A DNA stretch of 64,000 bases, taken from Eledone cirrhosa. Lineage: Eukaryota. Below, one piece after another: positions 13,700 through 27,231 of the stretch (its first letter is position 1; the number at the start of each line of letters is the position of its first letter). The position numbers and the translations under genes were made by a program. The stretch lies in the NCBI GenBank assembly GCA_964016885.1, contig OZ024742.1:36332001-36396000 (forward strand), written 5' to 3'. The notes beneath the pieces were generated by a model. It was not told the DNA's origin. It ran no database searches and saw only the letters and a program-made list of their open reading frames with translations.

Positions 13700-15022
13700 A
13701 TCCAAGATGGCTTTACTAACCACCCCCAGATCTGACGGCTCTCTCAGAACTCATATGGTCCTTGAAAGACAAACATATTAAATATAGCATCTTTTGGAAG
13801 AAGGTTTCTTCTGCGTCTTTATACTTGAACAGTTCTTTATCCAAAATTTGCAATCTCTGCCTAAATGAAAAAATTACCATTATTTCTAATTTAGATTCTA
13901 TAATAAATAGACGCACTGACTTGTTTTCTATCTGCTTGCATAAATTCCATAAAACATTTCACAAAGTATACAGCTAATATTCAATTCTTTATCAATTTAG
14001 AATCTTTTTCTCAAAGGTACATATATATATATATACACTTCTTTTAAAAATATACCCATCTTTCTACCTTATTTCAAAGGTTATTATACATTCTATAATA
14101 CTTGTTAATCATTCTTCTCTTCTTCTTTTAATGTCTAACCCCTAATCTGTACCTTTTCTCACTCTTGCCTAACATAGAATCAATTATTACATAATACAAT
14201 ACATTCTTACTCTATATCACCTTGTAAAAATCCTTCGTAAACATATACATTTTTTTGACGTTAGATTATTCATCCTCAATTCATTATTCTTTTCTCCCTT
14301 TCATCTAACTCATTCATCTCACAATATTTCCTTACTTAAATAACCTGTTGTTCCTTTTAATAATATATATCAACATCTTCTTAACATTGCACATATTATT
14401 AAACCCTTAAACATTATTCTCAATACATATTAACATTTTCTTTTTCATCGCACATATTATCAAACCCTTCAATATACAAACCTTAACTTTACATTATTTT
14501 TCTCTTCGTTAATTTTCAAATTCTTTTAATTTATTCATTATCTTCCAACGGTTTTCAACCTCGCTATATAAAACAATATATCTTTCTCAGTTATAAAAGC
14601 TATCTCTCTATCTATCACCCATCTCTCCTCCTATCTCATCCTTCCTCATTATACTCCTCCCTCTCCACTTTTTACTCTCATCTCCTCCTCTTTTTCATCC
14701 TTTCCACCCCCCTCTCTAAATAAAATATTTTTCCCAATATCACACATCAATTTAAAACTACTTCTCATATGTTGATTTAAAACTGAACTATCCACAAGTG
14801 TTTTTTAACCTTCATATCATGTCTTCATGTTTTATCTGATGAAAACACAAATATTATTGCATGATGATATTTGTTTTTGAAATGCGCATAATAAAATACA
14901 TGGAACTCTTTTAACAATCTTTTGTTCTTATATATTATGTATACACCAGTCCTACAAACTGTAGAGTGCTTATTATCCGATATCTGCATTGCTTTATTGT
15001 ACTACAATAAAACTCACCTCCT
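13700..15022 (+). mobile_element. Penelope-like element 3' fragment (GIY-YIG C-terminus, 3' UTR, HHR)
   Basis: TALSELIWSLKDKHIKYSIFWKKV...KICNLCLNEKITII...INRRTDLFSICLH* (stop at 13977) is a typical PLE GIY-YIG end. AT-rich UTR with an HHR follows. Confidence 0.8.
14830..14896 (+). ncRNA. Hammerhead ribozyme, family B (canonical core)
   Basis: ttttat-CTGATGA-aaacacaaatatta...tgatatttgttttt-GAAA-tgcgca-TA-ataaaa. Palindromic stem III ATGCGCAT. Confidence 0.82.
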
Positions 15023-15050
15023 ACATATATATGTATATATATATAGAGAG

Positions 15051-15152
<102 letters not shown>

Positions 15153-15267
15153 ATATATATATATATGTATATATGTATATATATATATATATAAAGAAAA
15201 AGAGATGAAATCGAAAATGCAACTGGAGTCTTATTTTTTTTTTTTAAATATATATATTTATTTGGTT

Positions 15268-15305
15268 CCTTTACCGGTTTCGCAGTTCTTCTGCTTTTCA
15301 AAAGG
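15268..15305 (-). ncRNA. Hammerhead ribozyme, family A
   Basis: Mirror of 12011-12048. Confidence 0.75.
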
Positions 15306-15611
15306 AGAGTTGAGATGGAGGGTCTGTGGTTTCTGCAGTGTGGTGGACAGCTACCACAATAAACTCTATGTGAGGGACGTTAAAAAACAGACCCAGCCTT
15401 ATATGAGCAGCAACAGCTGCCGTATGGAGGGACATACAGACCCAACCTTATATCAGGGATGTTAGATGTAACTGTTGGCCGCATGGAGGTACAGCTGCGT
15501 AATATACTCTACATAAGGGACGTTAAAAGACAAGCCCATCCTTAGATGTAACTGTGGGCCGTATGGAGGGGCAGCTTCCACGAAAAACCACAGACCCTCC
15601 ATCTCAACTCA

Positions 15612-15649
15612 CCTTTTGAAAAGCAGAAGAACTGCGAAACCGGTAAAGG
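15612..15649 (+). ncRNA. Hammerhead ribozyme, family A
   Basis: Mirror of 11668-11705. Confidence 0.75.
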
Positions 15650-15799
15650 AACCAAATAAATATATATATATTTTTTTTTAAATAAGACTCGAGTTGCATT
15701 TTCGATTTCATCTCTTTTTCTTTATACTTTCACTCGTGTAGGACACCTCGGTTATTTTTCATTTTGTAAAAAAAACCTCACTTTCTAATATATATATAT

Positions 15800-15975
<176 letters not shown>

Positions 15976-16003
15976 ATGTATATATATATGTATATATATA
16001 TAT

Positions 16004-16101
<98 letters not shown>

Positions 16102-16102
16102 G

Positions 16103-16219
<117 letters not shown>

Positions 16220-16225
16220 GTATAT

Positions 16226-16262
<37 letters not shown>

Positions 16263-16270
16263 GTATATTA

Positions 16271-16301
<31 letters not shown>

Positions 16302-16318
16302 ATATATATATATATGTA

Positions 16319-16396
<78 letters not shown>

Positions 16397-16445
16397 TGTA
16401 TATATATATATGTATATATGTATATATATAATTGTATATATGTAA

Positions 16446-16535
<90 letters not shown>

Positions 16536-16581
16536 AGGAAAAGCGAAGTAGTTTCAAATGTTCAAGTCCTTTAATAATAAT

Positions 16582-16655
16582 GCTGTGATATATATTTCAA
16601 TGACGACACTGGCCACACTGTTCTGTGTGCGACTGTCGTGTCATCATCAGACAGC
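16582..16655 (-). ncRNA. Hammerhead ribozyme, family D (inverted copy)
   Basis: Reverse complement of 16770-16843. Confidence 0.72.
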
Positions 16656-16769
16656 TTGTTACATAATAAGGTTGTTTCCGAGGCAATCCAAATTGAATCG
16701 ACATGGGTTCATCCGTTCCCATGTCGATTCAATTTGGATTGCCTCGGAAACAACCTTATTATGTAACAA

Positions 16770-16843
16770 GCTGTCTGATGATGACACGACAGTCGCACAC
16801 AGAACAGTGTGGCCAGTGTCGTCATTGAAATATATATCACAGC
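16770..16843 (+). ncRNA. Hammerhead ribozyme, family D
   Basis: gctgt-CTGATGA-tgacacgaca...cacac agaaca gtgtg...tgtcgtcatt-GAAA-tatata-TC-acagc. Confidence 0.75.
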
Positions 16844-18040
16844 ATTATTATTAAAGGACTTGAACAATTGAAACTACTTCGCTTTTCCTTATTCGATATT
16901 TACTCCGTCACTCCTATGTGGAATAAGTATGTTGAGTGCTTGAATGAATTGCATCAATATTTACCCTAATAATTTAGCTCCGATTAGGTGAGCGCTCTAT
17001 GATGTAACCGATATGGTGGAGAAGAGAGGAACCAACCAAGAGCTACCCCGGAAATTCCTTCTACCATGGGGATGAAAACCCCTGACACTGGACGGGCGTA
17101 ATAGTAACTTTCGGCAGGATAAATACGCGGAAACAAAAAATAAGATAAACCCCTATTTTCCTGCACCAAATCGCATTTAAACAGAGGCCCCCTCAATTCA
17201 ATCTATACATGGACAGATGGACAATCATATGGATCATTTCACATATATGTACTCTGTGTTTTTGCATTTATTCACTATTGTTTCTGTTCTTTTCTTTTCT
17301 TTTGTGTACTTTATGTCTGTTATTCTTTGATTCTGTTCCATGTGATGGAAATTATGACCGTGTAACAGATTGACTAATGCCTTGAACCATGTGGTTTGCC
17401 CTCCATTATAATGTACGGCACTGTCGTTCAGTATCTGGATAGAGTAACTGTAACACTAGAATCCCTCCCAGAACTTATTACTTAAACATCTCTCTCTATA
17501 TTATTTACTCACTTCAATCTATATTTTTACTCAATCCGAATTATCACTTGAAAAAAATTTTTGAATTTTTTATTGTTTAATTTATAATCTCTGATATTTG
17601 ATTTAGGATTTTAACTTTTAATCTTAATTTTTATTTCCAACTCTCACTCTTAACTTACAATGTAAAACCATAGTACCTAGAATTAAGTTTATTTTCCCTT
17701 ATGAGTTGATGGTCAGTCTTACTGTCAACGCTTAGTGAAAGGTAGTATTATGACCTATAAAAACTAACACCCTCCCATCCCCTCTGGCTTTCGGCTGACT
17801 GCCACAGTAGTGTTGGGTAGCAGTAAACTTTGGCAGGGCATAGGTTGGCCACTGACAGCGAATTTCGTTGAAATCTGCGGTGCTAATGGTCAACTTCCTT
17901 CGGACATGCGCTTGCGCAGACCGGTGGGGGTGAATTGGTACTCACAAGGGAACAGATGAAAAACCCAAAAGCACGAACTTCATCCGTTCCCATGTCGATA
18001 CAATTTGGATTGCCTCGGAAACAACCTTATTATGTAACAA

Positions 18041-18114
18041 GCTGTCTGATGATGACATGACACTCGCACACAGAACAGTGTGGCCAGTGTCGTCATTGAA
18101 ATATATATCACAGC
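18041..18114 (+). ncRNA. Hammerhead ribozyme, family D (second tandem copy)
   Basis: Same motif 1271 nt downstream of 16770. Confidence 0.75.
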
Positions 18115-18253
18115 ATTATTATTAAAGGACTTGAACATCTGAAACTACTTCGCTTTTCCTTATTCGATATTTACTCCGTCACTCCTATGTGGAAAAAGTA
18201 CGTTGAGTGCTTGAATTGAATTGCATCAATGTTTACCCTAATATATATATATA

Positions 18254-20830
18254 CTAGCGGAGCTACCCGGCTTCGCTCAGTGTTAAAAAGCTTATTTAGA
18301 AAAGAATAATATTAACATTTTAATCGTTATTTAAAAACTTCTGTAATTTAGTTTCTATTTTTTAGATTTTAACATTTATCTTTAAATGACTGAATGACTG
18401 ACGAATTTAAAGAAAATTCGTTATAAGAACATTTAATTTGTTTTACTGAAGTGCTTTTGGATACACAATGTTTTTTGTTTTTCCTTCTGGTGCGTACACG
18501 AATAAATCAGAAGGTTTACCGACGCGTGACCAAGCCACATACATCTGTCCATGTGAGAAGCATGGATTTTCTAAATTTAGTCCACACACTTGTAGCGATT
18601 GTCCTTGTGCTTTGTTGATAGTCATTGCAAAGGCGAGTCGCACGGGAAACTGCAAACGTTTGAAATCGAATGGCGTATCTGTTGGAATGATTGGGATGCG
18701 TGGCAAGAGTACATCTTCTCCTTTAAATTTTCCATTTAAAATTGTAGCCTCGATGATATTGTTCATCGTCTTTTTCACTGAAAGTCTGGTACCGTTGCAA
18801 AGTTGTGGTGGATTGATGTTTCGGAGAAGGATGATAGGCACGCCAATTTTCAATGTTAAAATGTGCGGTGGCATGCCTGGCAAATCAAGTGAATTCAAGA
18901 ATTCAATTGGATAATTGATAATTTTACAGTATCGATGGACTTATACGTTGTCGCTTCGCCTGGTATTTCGTTTTGAATGCTGAAATTAATGGCATTGACA
19001 TCGGTGTTTTTGGCTGCTAATATAGCACGTACACTGAGCCACTGATGATTTTTGTAATGCTGCGCAATATTTGGGAACACTTTGTGAATCAGTTCGTCTC
19101 TGGTTGCCGTGATTCTACAGAAGTTTGTTGGCAATGTGATACATTTTGTGAAATCATCGATTACCATTTTCCCATTCCCAATATCCAGCAATTGTTTTGT
19201 GAAACGTTCAGCGGATGCGTCATTTTGTAGTTGTACACGCATATTGTTTTTTAAAGTTAATTTCTGTGCGTGTCGCCATAAAACTGATGATTTGAGACAT
19301 GCATTAAGCTCATCAGCGGGTGTTGATCGCGGTATAACTGGTAGAGTTTGTCGAAAATCACCAGACAATAAAATGAGTGTGCCACCGAAGAGCTGTTCAT
19401 TTCCTTTCAAATCTTTTAGCGTATTATTAAGCGCTTCCAATGATTTTTTGTGCGCCATAGTACATTCGTCCCATATAATGATTTTACATGATTGGAGTAC
19501 TTTACCTATACCAGAATTTTTGGTAATATTGCATGTTGATGTCTCAGCGATTTGCATATTCAATGGCAATTTCAGGGCTGAATGTGCTGTTCGGCCACCA
19601 TCTAAAAGAGTTGCCGCAATTCCAGATGATGCGATTGCCAGTGCAATATTATTTTCTGATCGTATAGTTGCCAAAATAAGTGAAATGAGAAAAGTTTTGC
19701 CTGTACCACCGGGCGCATCTATAAAATACAATCCGCCGCTTTGACTTATAATTGCCTGCATAATTTGGTCATATACTATGCGTTGTTCTGGTAACAATTT
19801 GGGAAGATTCGTTTGAACAAATGTACCCAATTCGGCGACATCAAAGTTTGTTTCTCGTTGCAAATCACGATCGAAAATGTCGTTTACAGATCGATTCGGC
19901 GCAGGCATTCCCAATTGTACCAATGTTTTGTTAGCGATTGCTAAATATATGACCTCAATGGAAACCAATGCTTCATTATACACATTTTGTGTGAATTGAA
20001 TATTCATATTTTGATTTGTTGCACGCAAACGATGTAGGATGTCTTCACTCATGTAGTCTTTATATTTTTCCCAAAGATCTTTTGGATTTGATGGGAAGCA
20101 CGTTGTCAATATTATTGAGAATAATGTGCGTATTTGCTTTGGTTGAGCAGTATTCGATGCATCAGCGAGTGAAGTGTCCCAATGTCCATCATTTTCAAGA
20201 AGATTTAATTCTTGGCAAGCTTCACGATAAGTGGCACATACTTGACCGTTTACTGTTCTCAATTCTTGGAATGATGTCGGTCCACGTATGTGTCCAGGTC
20301 AGGAAAATAAGGACAGACGAAATGAAGATATCAAATTACAGCACTTAGTTAAGGGCTAGCTGAAAAAGAATTCCCTGTAATGGGAGTGGAAGGGAAGTAA
20401 TGTGAAACAGACACTATACTAATTCTATTGAAATTATATTAAATTAAAGAGAGAATTTACTAATTCTATTGAAATTATATTAAATTAAAGAGAGAATACT
20501 AATTCTATTGAAATTATCTTTAATTAAAAAAATTTCACACTCGCTCTTTCACTTACTCTTTGTCTATACGTTGATTTCTCTTTCTCCGTTTATAGCACTC
20601 TCTCTTTGTCTATACGTTGCACTTTCACTCTCTCTTTGTCTATACGTTGATTTCTCTTTCTCCGTTTATAACTTTAGAGACAGTCTAATATAGGGAGTGG
20701 TTCAAAGCAGCCAGACTACTCGCTCTTTCACTCTCTGTTTGAATATACGTTGATTTCTCTTTCTCCGTTTATATCTTTGGACAAACAAACAAACATACAT
20801 TCATTTTTATATATATGTAAATATATATAT
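18254..20830 (-). mobile_element. Helitron, internally deleted (helicase retained, Rep lost)
   Basis: 3' end gcgaagccgggtagctccg-CTAG|T at 18254-18257. 5'-type end ...tatatataaaaatgaatgtatgtttgttt near 20790-20830. PIF1-like ORF. Confidence 0.85.
18443..20262 (-). pseudogene. Helitron PIF1-family helicase (frameshifted near 18900)
   Basis: [61 protein letters not shown]. Confidence 0.93.
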
Positions 20831-20833
20831 ATG

Positions 20834-21024
<191 letters not shown>

Positions 21025-21039
21025 ATATATATATCCGAA

Positions 21040-21778
21040 ATACATTTAATTAAATTAAATTAAAGGAGTCATGTACGAGACATGCGCCATATCCACTGTA
21101 GAATAAGCTCAAAGATTCCAATGAATAGATCCGAGCATTTTATATCAACTAGAAATTGATTGACATATATATATATATATATATTTAAAATAAACACATG
21201 AAACAATCACAGGGGATAATTTGTAAAGTGTGTAATCACACACAGCTAGGGAGGTAACTAATTAAAGTTTAACTAGATCTTCAAATATTACCTTTTACAA
21301 AATGATTAATCCTCCTTGTACATATTTCATTAAAGAAATATATTTCACTAAAAATCCGTAAATTCACAGTAGTTAAATCTTAGATCATCAGCAAGGAGGA
21401 AGAAATAACTGTCTGTGTTTACGCATCAAATACAAATCTGCGAGTGACCCAGCACACGTGCTGCAATTCTAAAACTACTAACAACATGCTAGCGTCCTCC
21501 CATTGGCGTGAATAGGGTGGTCGACAGCAATAAATAGCAGCCAAGTCCTTTCAACCGATTTAGCTCTACAGATAAGGAGCGTCTTTAATGAAATATATAC
21601 AAGGAGGATTAATCAATTTCTAAAAGGTAATATTTGAAGATCTAGTTAGACTTTAATTAGTTACCTCCCTAGCTGTGTGTGATTACACACTTTACAAATT
21701 ATCCCCTGTGATTGTTTCATGTGTTTATTTTAGATATATATATATATATATATGTCAATCAATTTCTAGTTGATATAT

Positions 21779-21780
<2 letters not shown>
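21040..21780 (-). mobile_element. HHR-bearing non-coding fold-back element
   Basis: ~21141-21336 is the reverse complement of ~21582-21778. HHR at 21310-21400. Shares motifs with the 10.6-11.4 kb element. Confidence 0.62.
21310..21400 (-). ncRNA. Hammerhead ribozyme (family L)
   Basis: Minus strand tcctccttg-CTGATGA-tctaagattt...atttttagt-GAAA-tata...GAAA-tatg-TA-caaggagga. Perfect 9-bp stem I, with the GAAA segment duplicated. Confidence 0.65.
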
Positions 21781-21817
<37 letters not shown>

Positions 21818-21844
21818 GTTCCACAACAGTTAGTTCACCATACC

Positions 21845-21881
21845 GAGAACAAATGTTTTACCTCATGCGGATCCTCAGCTC
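21845..21881 (-). ncRNA. Decayed hammerhead motif (G12A)
   Basis: Minus strand gag-CTGAGGA-tcc gcatga ggt-AAAA-catttg-TT-ctc. Confidence 0.35.
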
Positions 21882-21915
21882 CGACTGTATGTATGTATGT
21901 ATGTATGTATGTATG

Positions 21916-21947
<32 letters not shown>

Positions 21948-22579
21948 TGTATATTGGCAACAAGTGAAAAGTAAAAACTGTGTGGTCATCGGCCATCTAA
22001 ACAGGTGTACAGTTTCGAGGGCCGATGACCATTGAATTTTTTACTTTTTACTTGGTGCCAGGATTTCAAAATCACCTGTGACGCATGCTGCTCCCCTTCT
22101 GTTTTGTTAAGTTGCCTATATTTAACGCGACACATCTCCTTCCCTATCTTGTGGCTATTACCACGTTCTTTTTTCTTGATGTCTCCCACACTATCTTGCT
22201 GGGGCGATTAAAAGCAGCCAAATGTTTCCTCTTTGAGGACCACGTTCTCTGTGTGTCTTTCTGTTTGTGCCTTCATCTCTAGGTCTAATTGGAACTTTTC
22301 GTCACGTATTATACGACATATATGTAGTACATTTAATTCTATATACGTAAGGTTTATTTTGTTTTCGTCTTGATACACAAGGACAGTGTTTGACTATTTT
22401 GTCAAAAACTGTGATTCCGGATGCACCAGCTATACCGTCGGTAGGGGGTCGAACCTGTCTTCTTCTTCTTCTTCTTCTTCTTCTTCTTCTTCTTCTTCTT
22501 CTTCTTCTTCTTCTTTTTCTTCTTCTTCTTCTTCTTCTTCTTCTTCTTCTTCTTCTTCTTCTTCTTCTTCTTGGAAGGA

Positions 22580-22940
22580 TCGAGCTGGCAGTGTTCTTAA
22601 GCATGTCATCTAATGGTTCCTGTCAGAAGCAACCGTCTCCAAATGATCCGGCTAGATCCCCAAGCGAGACTAGCCGAGCTCATGGATTTTATCCAACCAT
22701 ATGTCCGTAGTATCGGAGTTGTAATCTCGCAATTTCGAGAAATAACGGCTCTACCTGGAGCGACACTCTATCGAGTATCGATACTCCAATGACCCTTCGG
22801 AGAAACCCCATTTCCGCCCCTTGTATATGCGATCGTATTCTTTCAATCAATATCCAAGATACATGACCAAGATACATGGCAAGTGAGGGTTGCCACGAAT
22901 ACCGAATTAAAGTAGCGATATCAAGATGGATACAGTAAGA
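22580..22940 (-). mobile_element. RTE-like LINE 3' fragment
   Basis: RIRSHIQGAEMGFLRRVIGVS...LQVEPLFLEIARLQLRYYGHM. Homologous to 56255-56790. Confidence 0.7.
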
Positions 22941-23007
22941 AGCCGTTTCAACAGCTAGATCTAGACGGTCTGGAACTAGCTGTTGAAACCGTCGGGGTCG
23001 TGACTCT

Positions 23008-23069
<62 letters not shown>

Positions 23070-24119
23070 TATATGTCAGAGCGGAGGCGACAAAAACCAG
23101 TTACATCATTACTAACCAGAGTACTCGATACTTGGGGTAATAGAGTAGGTAATATGAAAAGGCGGGAGCTCAACCGTCGGGGTCCTGTATTTTTCATATA
23201 TGTATTGGGTCGTCAAGTATGAAACAGTTGACCATATACCTCACTACAAATTTCATAGTTGACCACCTAATATATATGTGTGTGTGTATTTGTGTGTGTG
23301 TGTGTCTGTATGTATGTGTGTGTTTATTATAATCTACCCTCTTTCTTTTTCTTACTTGGTTTCTGTCTTCTTTTCTTTATTATATAATTCTTGGCTATAA
23401 AATACACAGACATGACTCACAAGTTGGGAAGTTCGTTTCACAATTATCAGTGTTCTGGTTTGACTTCTCTACGTGGTAGGTTGTACAATTATCTTTTACC
23501 ATAACCTCGGATCAACATAAGCCTTGTGACTAAAATTACGTAATAGACTCTTCTTTTTCCTTATTATGAGTCCTTCTTCAAATGTCTAACCTTTTCGATA
23601 AAAAACTGCCTATTTAACTTAAAATGTTTATATCTATCTAAAATACCCTCATACTAACTTTGTTAAATTATGTTCCAACCAACAGCTTAATAATCGCTTC
23701 AAATTTTTGATTATTTTCAAATTTGAAAATCATAGGTACTATCTTTCATTAGAAATATGGTAAGAAAAGAGTTAACATGTAAAGTAGATAAGAAAAAAAA
23801 TATACGTTCACGATAAAGAAATCAAAACAACATTTGTTAACGTTAGTATCAGGGATTGAATGAGAGGGAGTGCTTGGTGGTGATGGAAGGCTGGGGTAGG
23901 TACAAAGATTTTCTTTATGAACGATTACACATGTATAACAGACGTGGTATTGTAGATGCTTTTCTCGCTCCTCCTCCTCCTCCTCCTCCTCCTTCTTCTT
24001 CTTCTTCTTCTTCTTCTTCTTCTTCTTCTTCTTCTTCTTCTTCTTCTTCTTCTTCTTCTTCTTCTTCTTCTTCTTCTTCTTCTTCTTCTTCTTGGTAGTG
24101 ATGTAAGGCTTGAGTAGCT

Positions 24120-24199
<80 letters not shown>

Positions 24200-24202
24200 G
24201 TA

Positions 24203-24274
<72 letters not shown>

Positions 24275-24276
<2 letters not shown>

Positions 24277-24490
24277 CGCAGCAAGGAAGAAATAGCAGGT
24301 GATGTATTGTTATGGAGTCCATCTCATGGAGCAAGAAACGGTGGTCGTCCCAAGAAGACATACGTCAAGCAACTTGAGGACGATACTGGATGCACTGCGG
24401 AAGAACTGGCAAACGCTATGAGAGACAGAGAGGGATGGAGGAAACGTGTCGTAGAAAACCGAGCAAGCTCGACCTGATGATGATGATGAT
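24275..24490 (+). mobile_element. RTE-like LINE 3' end
   Basis: DVLLWSPSHGARNGGRPKKTYVKQLEDDTG...AMRDREGWRKRV* followed by a (TGA)n tail. Confidence 0.7.
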
Positions 24491-24870
24491 ATCGGCACAT
24501 ATATTCATACGTACACACACAGGAGCTTTTGATTCCAGAGTGTGGCCAAATTGTTACAGATCGAACCTTGAGCTGATCAATAGCTAAACGCGCGTCACTA
24601 CTCAATAAACGTAATGAAGACCTAACAAATCGTCCTTTTTATTATTATTGTTATTAGTATTATTAAATAATAATTATTATTATTAAATTTTTTTTAAAGT
24701 AAAATATTCAAATAGTTGGGCCAAAAGGCCCAAATATTATATTTTCCCCTTCACAGGGCAAAGTCTAAGGGCTTATATCCCTTACACAACAAGAAATATT
24801 TAACAACAAATAATTTTAACAGGAAAATAAAGCGACTTACTGGGAGCGAGCAAAAGATGTCCGATTAGAT

Positions 24871-25096
24871 TGTAATAAGACGCCTCACGCTCCTTGATAG
24901 AACAACGCCGGTTAGGAACGCCAGAAAGAAAAGACAGACAGCCACTGGAAAGCCGACGGATCACACGCCAGAAACCAGCCTCTGTACAACACCATTGTTT
25001 GTGCTACATCAAAAAATAAACGTATATTTCATCTCTAATTTCTGCTGTTATTATGTCACTCGTATCTCGATAACATCTAGAACTAATACTGCTAAA
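24871..25096 (+). repeat. 5' LTR
   Basis: TGTAATAAGA...ACTGCTAAA. I see 2 differences from the 3' LTR. Confidence 0.95.
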
Positions 25097-25097
25097 G

Positions 25098-25107
25098 TGG
25101 TGACCCC
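25098..25107 (+). promoter_or_regulatory. Primer-binding site complementary to the tRNA-Trp 3' end
   Basis: TGGTGACCCC one base after the 5' LTR. Confidence 0.8.
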
Positions 25108-26462
25108 TTCGTTTTCATTCAATTGAACTTTTATTGCCACATTGCCGGCCTTTTTTTCGCAACTTGCGAAAATAGAAAATATTCCTTTTAAAATTATCGA
25201 AAAGTTAGTAGTATTTCAAAAAACCTTTTGCTACACTCGACAACAACAACGACAGCAGCAGCAGCGACAACATTGTTTAACCACTGACCAAAACAGGGAA
25301 TAGTGAGTGGCAGCTTCATAGCCTTACCGACGCAAACCACCACACATCGGAAATATCAAAACGATTCATTCGTGTCGATAATTTAGAGCAACTCTTTTTT
25401 ATTCACTTGAATATTCCATTTCCGTTGCCAACTTTTTCGCAACTTACAGAAGAAAAAAGAAAAAAGTGTATTTTTCCAAGGTGGCGTTGCGTTCCTTCCC
25501 AGTTTTGTAACGGACACATTTTTTGAATTGCGTGTGTGTTCCATGACTGATCAAGAGAGAAGAGACTAAACTTTTTTTTGTGAACATAACTGCCCCGCAT
25601 GGGGATATACATGCCTTACCTTTTTCTAAGGGATTTTTAGCCACTGGCTACCTTTGTTGATATCCAACGCGGATATATTTAAAAAAAAAAAAACATTTTT
25701 TTCTTCCTTTTTTTTTTACCTTATTTGATTTGGCTGGTTCGTTGAGGCAACGTGAGGGGACAGACGTTGAAGGAAAATTTTTTTTTAAAGATATATATCT
25801 GTATTTTATGTATTTTGCATATTTCCTTATGTTTTGAATGTCTGTTTCTTTTTGCCCTTTAACTTTTTCTCAGTATTGGCTGTTCTCTTTTTACTGTTCA
25901 AGGGTACATTAATTGCTCTTTAGATATATAGGTATACATATGTGGATGTACATTTTTAACTTAATTGTTTAAGCGTCAGTCATACAAAAGTGAGTTACAA
26001 ACGAAACGAAATTTAATTTCGTTTCGTTATTTGTTTTTATCGTCTCCGCTGAACCGGTACGTACTCACGCTCTATGCAAATTAGTCTGCCCACTACTAAT
26101 TTTCATAGAAAAAGCATATAACGATATGTGCTTTTACGATTCTCTAGAAAGGCCGGAGGATAGGTAAATATTGCTGATGAGATGTAACAACATCGAAACT
26201 AGTCCAATATTCCTGTCTGGCTTTCTGGAGAATAGAGGAAAGGTGTTTCCTCGAAAACCAGTATGACTCTAAAAACCGGTTTGTCTGTGTGTTTACATAC
26301 AGAATAGCTGAACACTCACAGTAAAGTGTCCAGTGAAAAACTCGGTACATCTACATATGTACACGTGTGTGTATTCATATGCATACTAGTATTTCAGTAT
26401 ACATATGTGGATGTACATTTTTAACTTAATTATATATATTTGTTTTAATTTTAAAAGTTGAC

Positions 26463-27231
26463 ATGAATGTACCACATTTGCCCGCCTTTACTGGAAAACC
26501 TAAGATGTGGTTTGCCCAGTTACAGGCGTATTTTACGGTCTGTAAGACCGAATCTGACCAGCGCCTCGCTGTACTGATTAGCGGCCTTCCCCCTAATCTA
26601 GCAGATTCGGTCCAAGACCTAATTACAGACCCCCTCTCTGACTTGACGTATGAGTTTTTGAAGGGCGAGATTTTGAGGAGGAATTGTAAGTCGGTAGAGA
26701 GTCGTTTTCAGTCACTGATCGAGGACGAACGATTAGGTGACAGGACCCCTACCGCTTTTCTCCGGCATTTGCGGGATTTGAGCGATTCCCAAGATCAGGA
26801 TAGCCCTTTCCTGAAGCAATTGTTCTTCTCTCGCCTACCTCAAGAGGTACAGGCGATCCTAGCCCATATGCTAGAGGTGAATACCTTGGATCACATTGCT
26901 GTCTCTGCTGATAAAATTGTAGAGGTGACGAAGAGAGACACTTCGAAGCCAAAGTACGTTGCTTCCTCTTCTCTTCCTCAATCACGCTCATCAGCGTCTG
27001 ATGACAAATTAATCACCACTATGGAAGCCATGACTCGTCAAATGGCGGAGTTGTGCACGGAATTCAGGTCCTTTGGACGGCAGAGGAGCCGCTCACGACG
27101 TTATTCAACTTCTCGCCACCAGGAACACACCAGGAACACCGTATTGTTATTACCATGAAAGATATGGTAAAAAAGCCGCCCATTGTAGGCCTCCTTGTGC
27201 TTACGAGGGAAAAGACGACCAGAGTCACTAA
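26463..27231 (+). CDS. gag: Gag (disrupted; CHCC finger out of frame)
   Basis: [58 protein letters not shown] lies in another frame from 27145. Confidence 0.82.

Larger units (their letters stand above)
16533..18241 (+). mobile_element. Non-coding HHR-bearing partial tandem element (1271-bp period) with inverted 5' end
   Basis: 16709-~16970 is repeated at 17979-18241, and 16533-16707 is an inverted copy. One HHR per copy and no credible ORF. Confidence 0.72.

Noticed and set aside
19109-19744. 211-aa plus-strand ORF
   Set aside because: Antisense shadow of the Helitron helicase.
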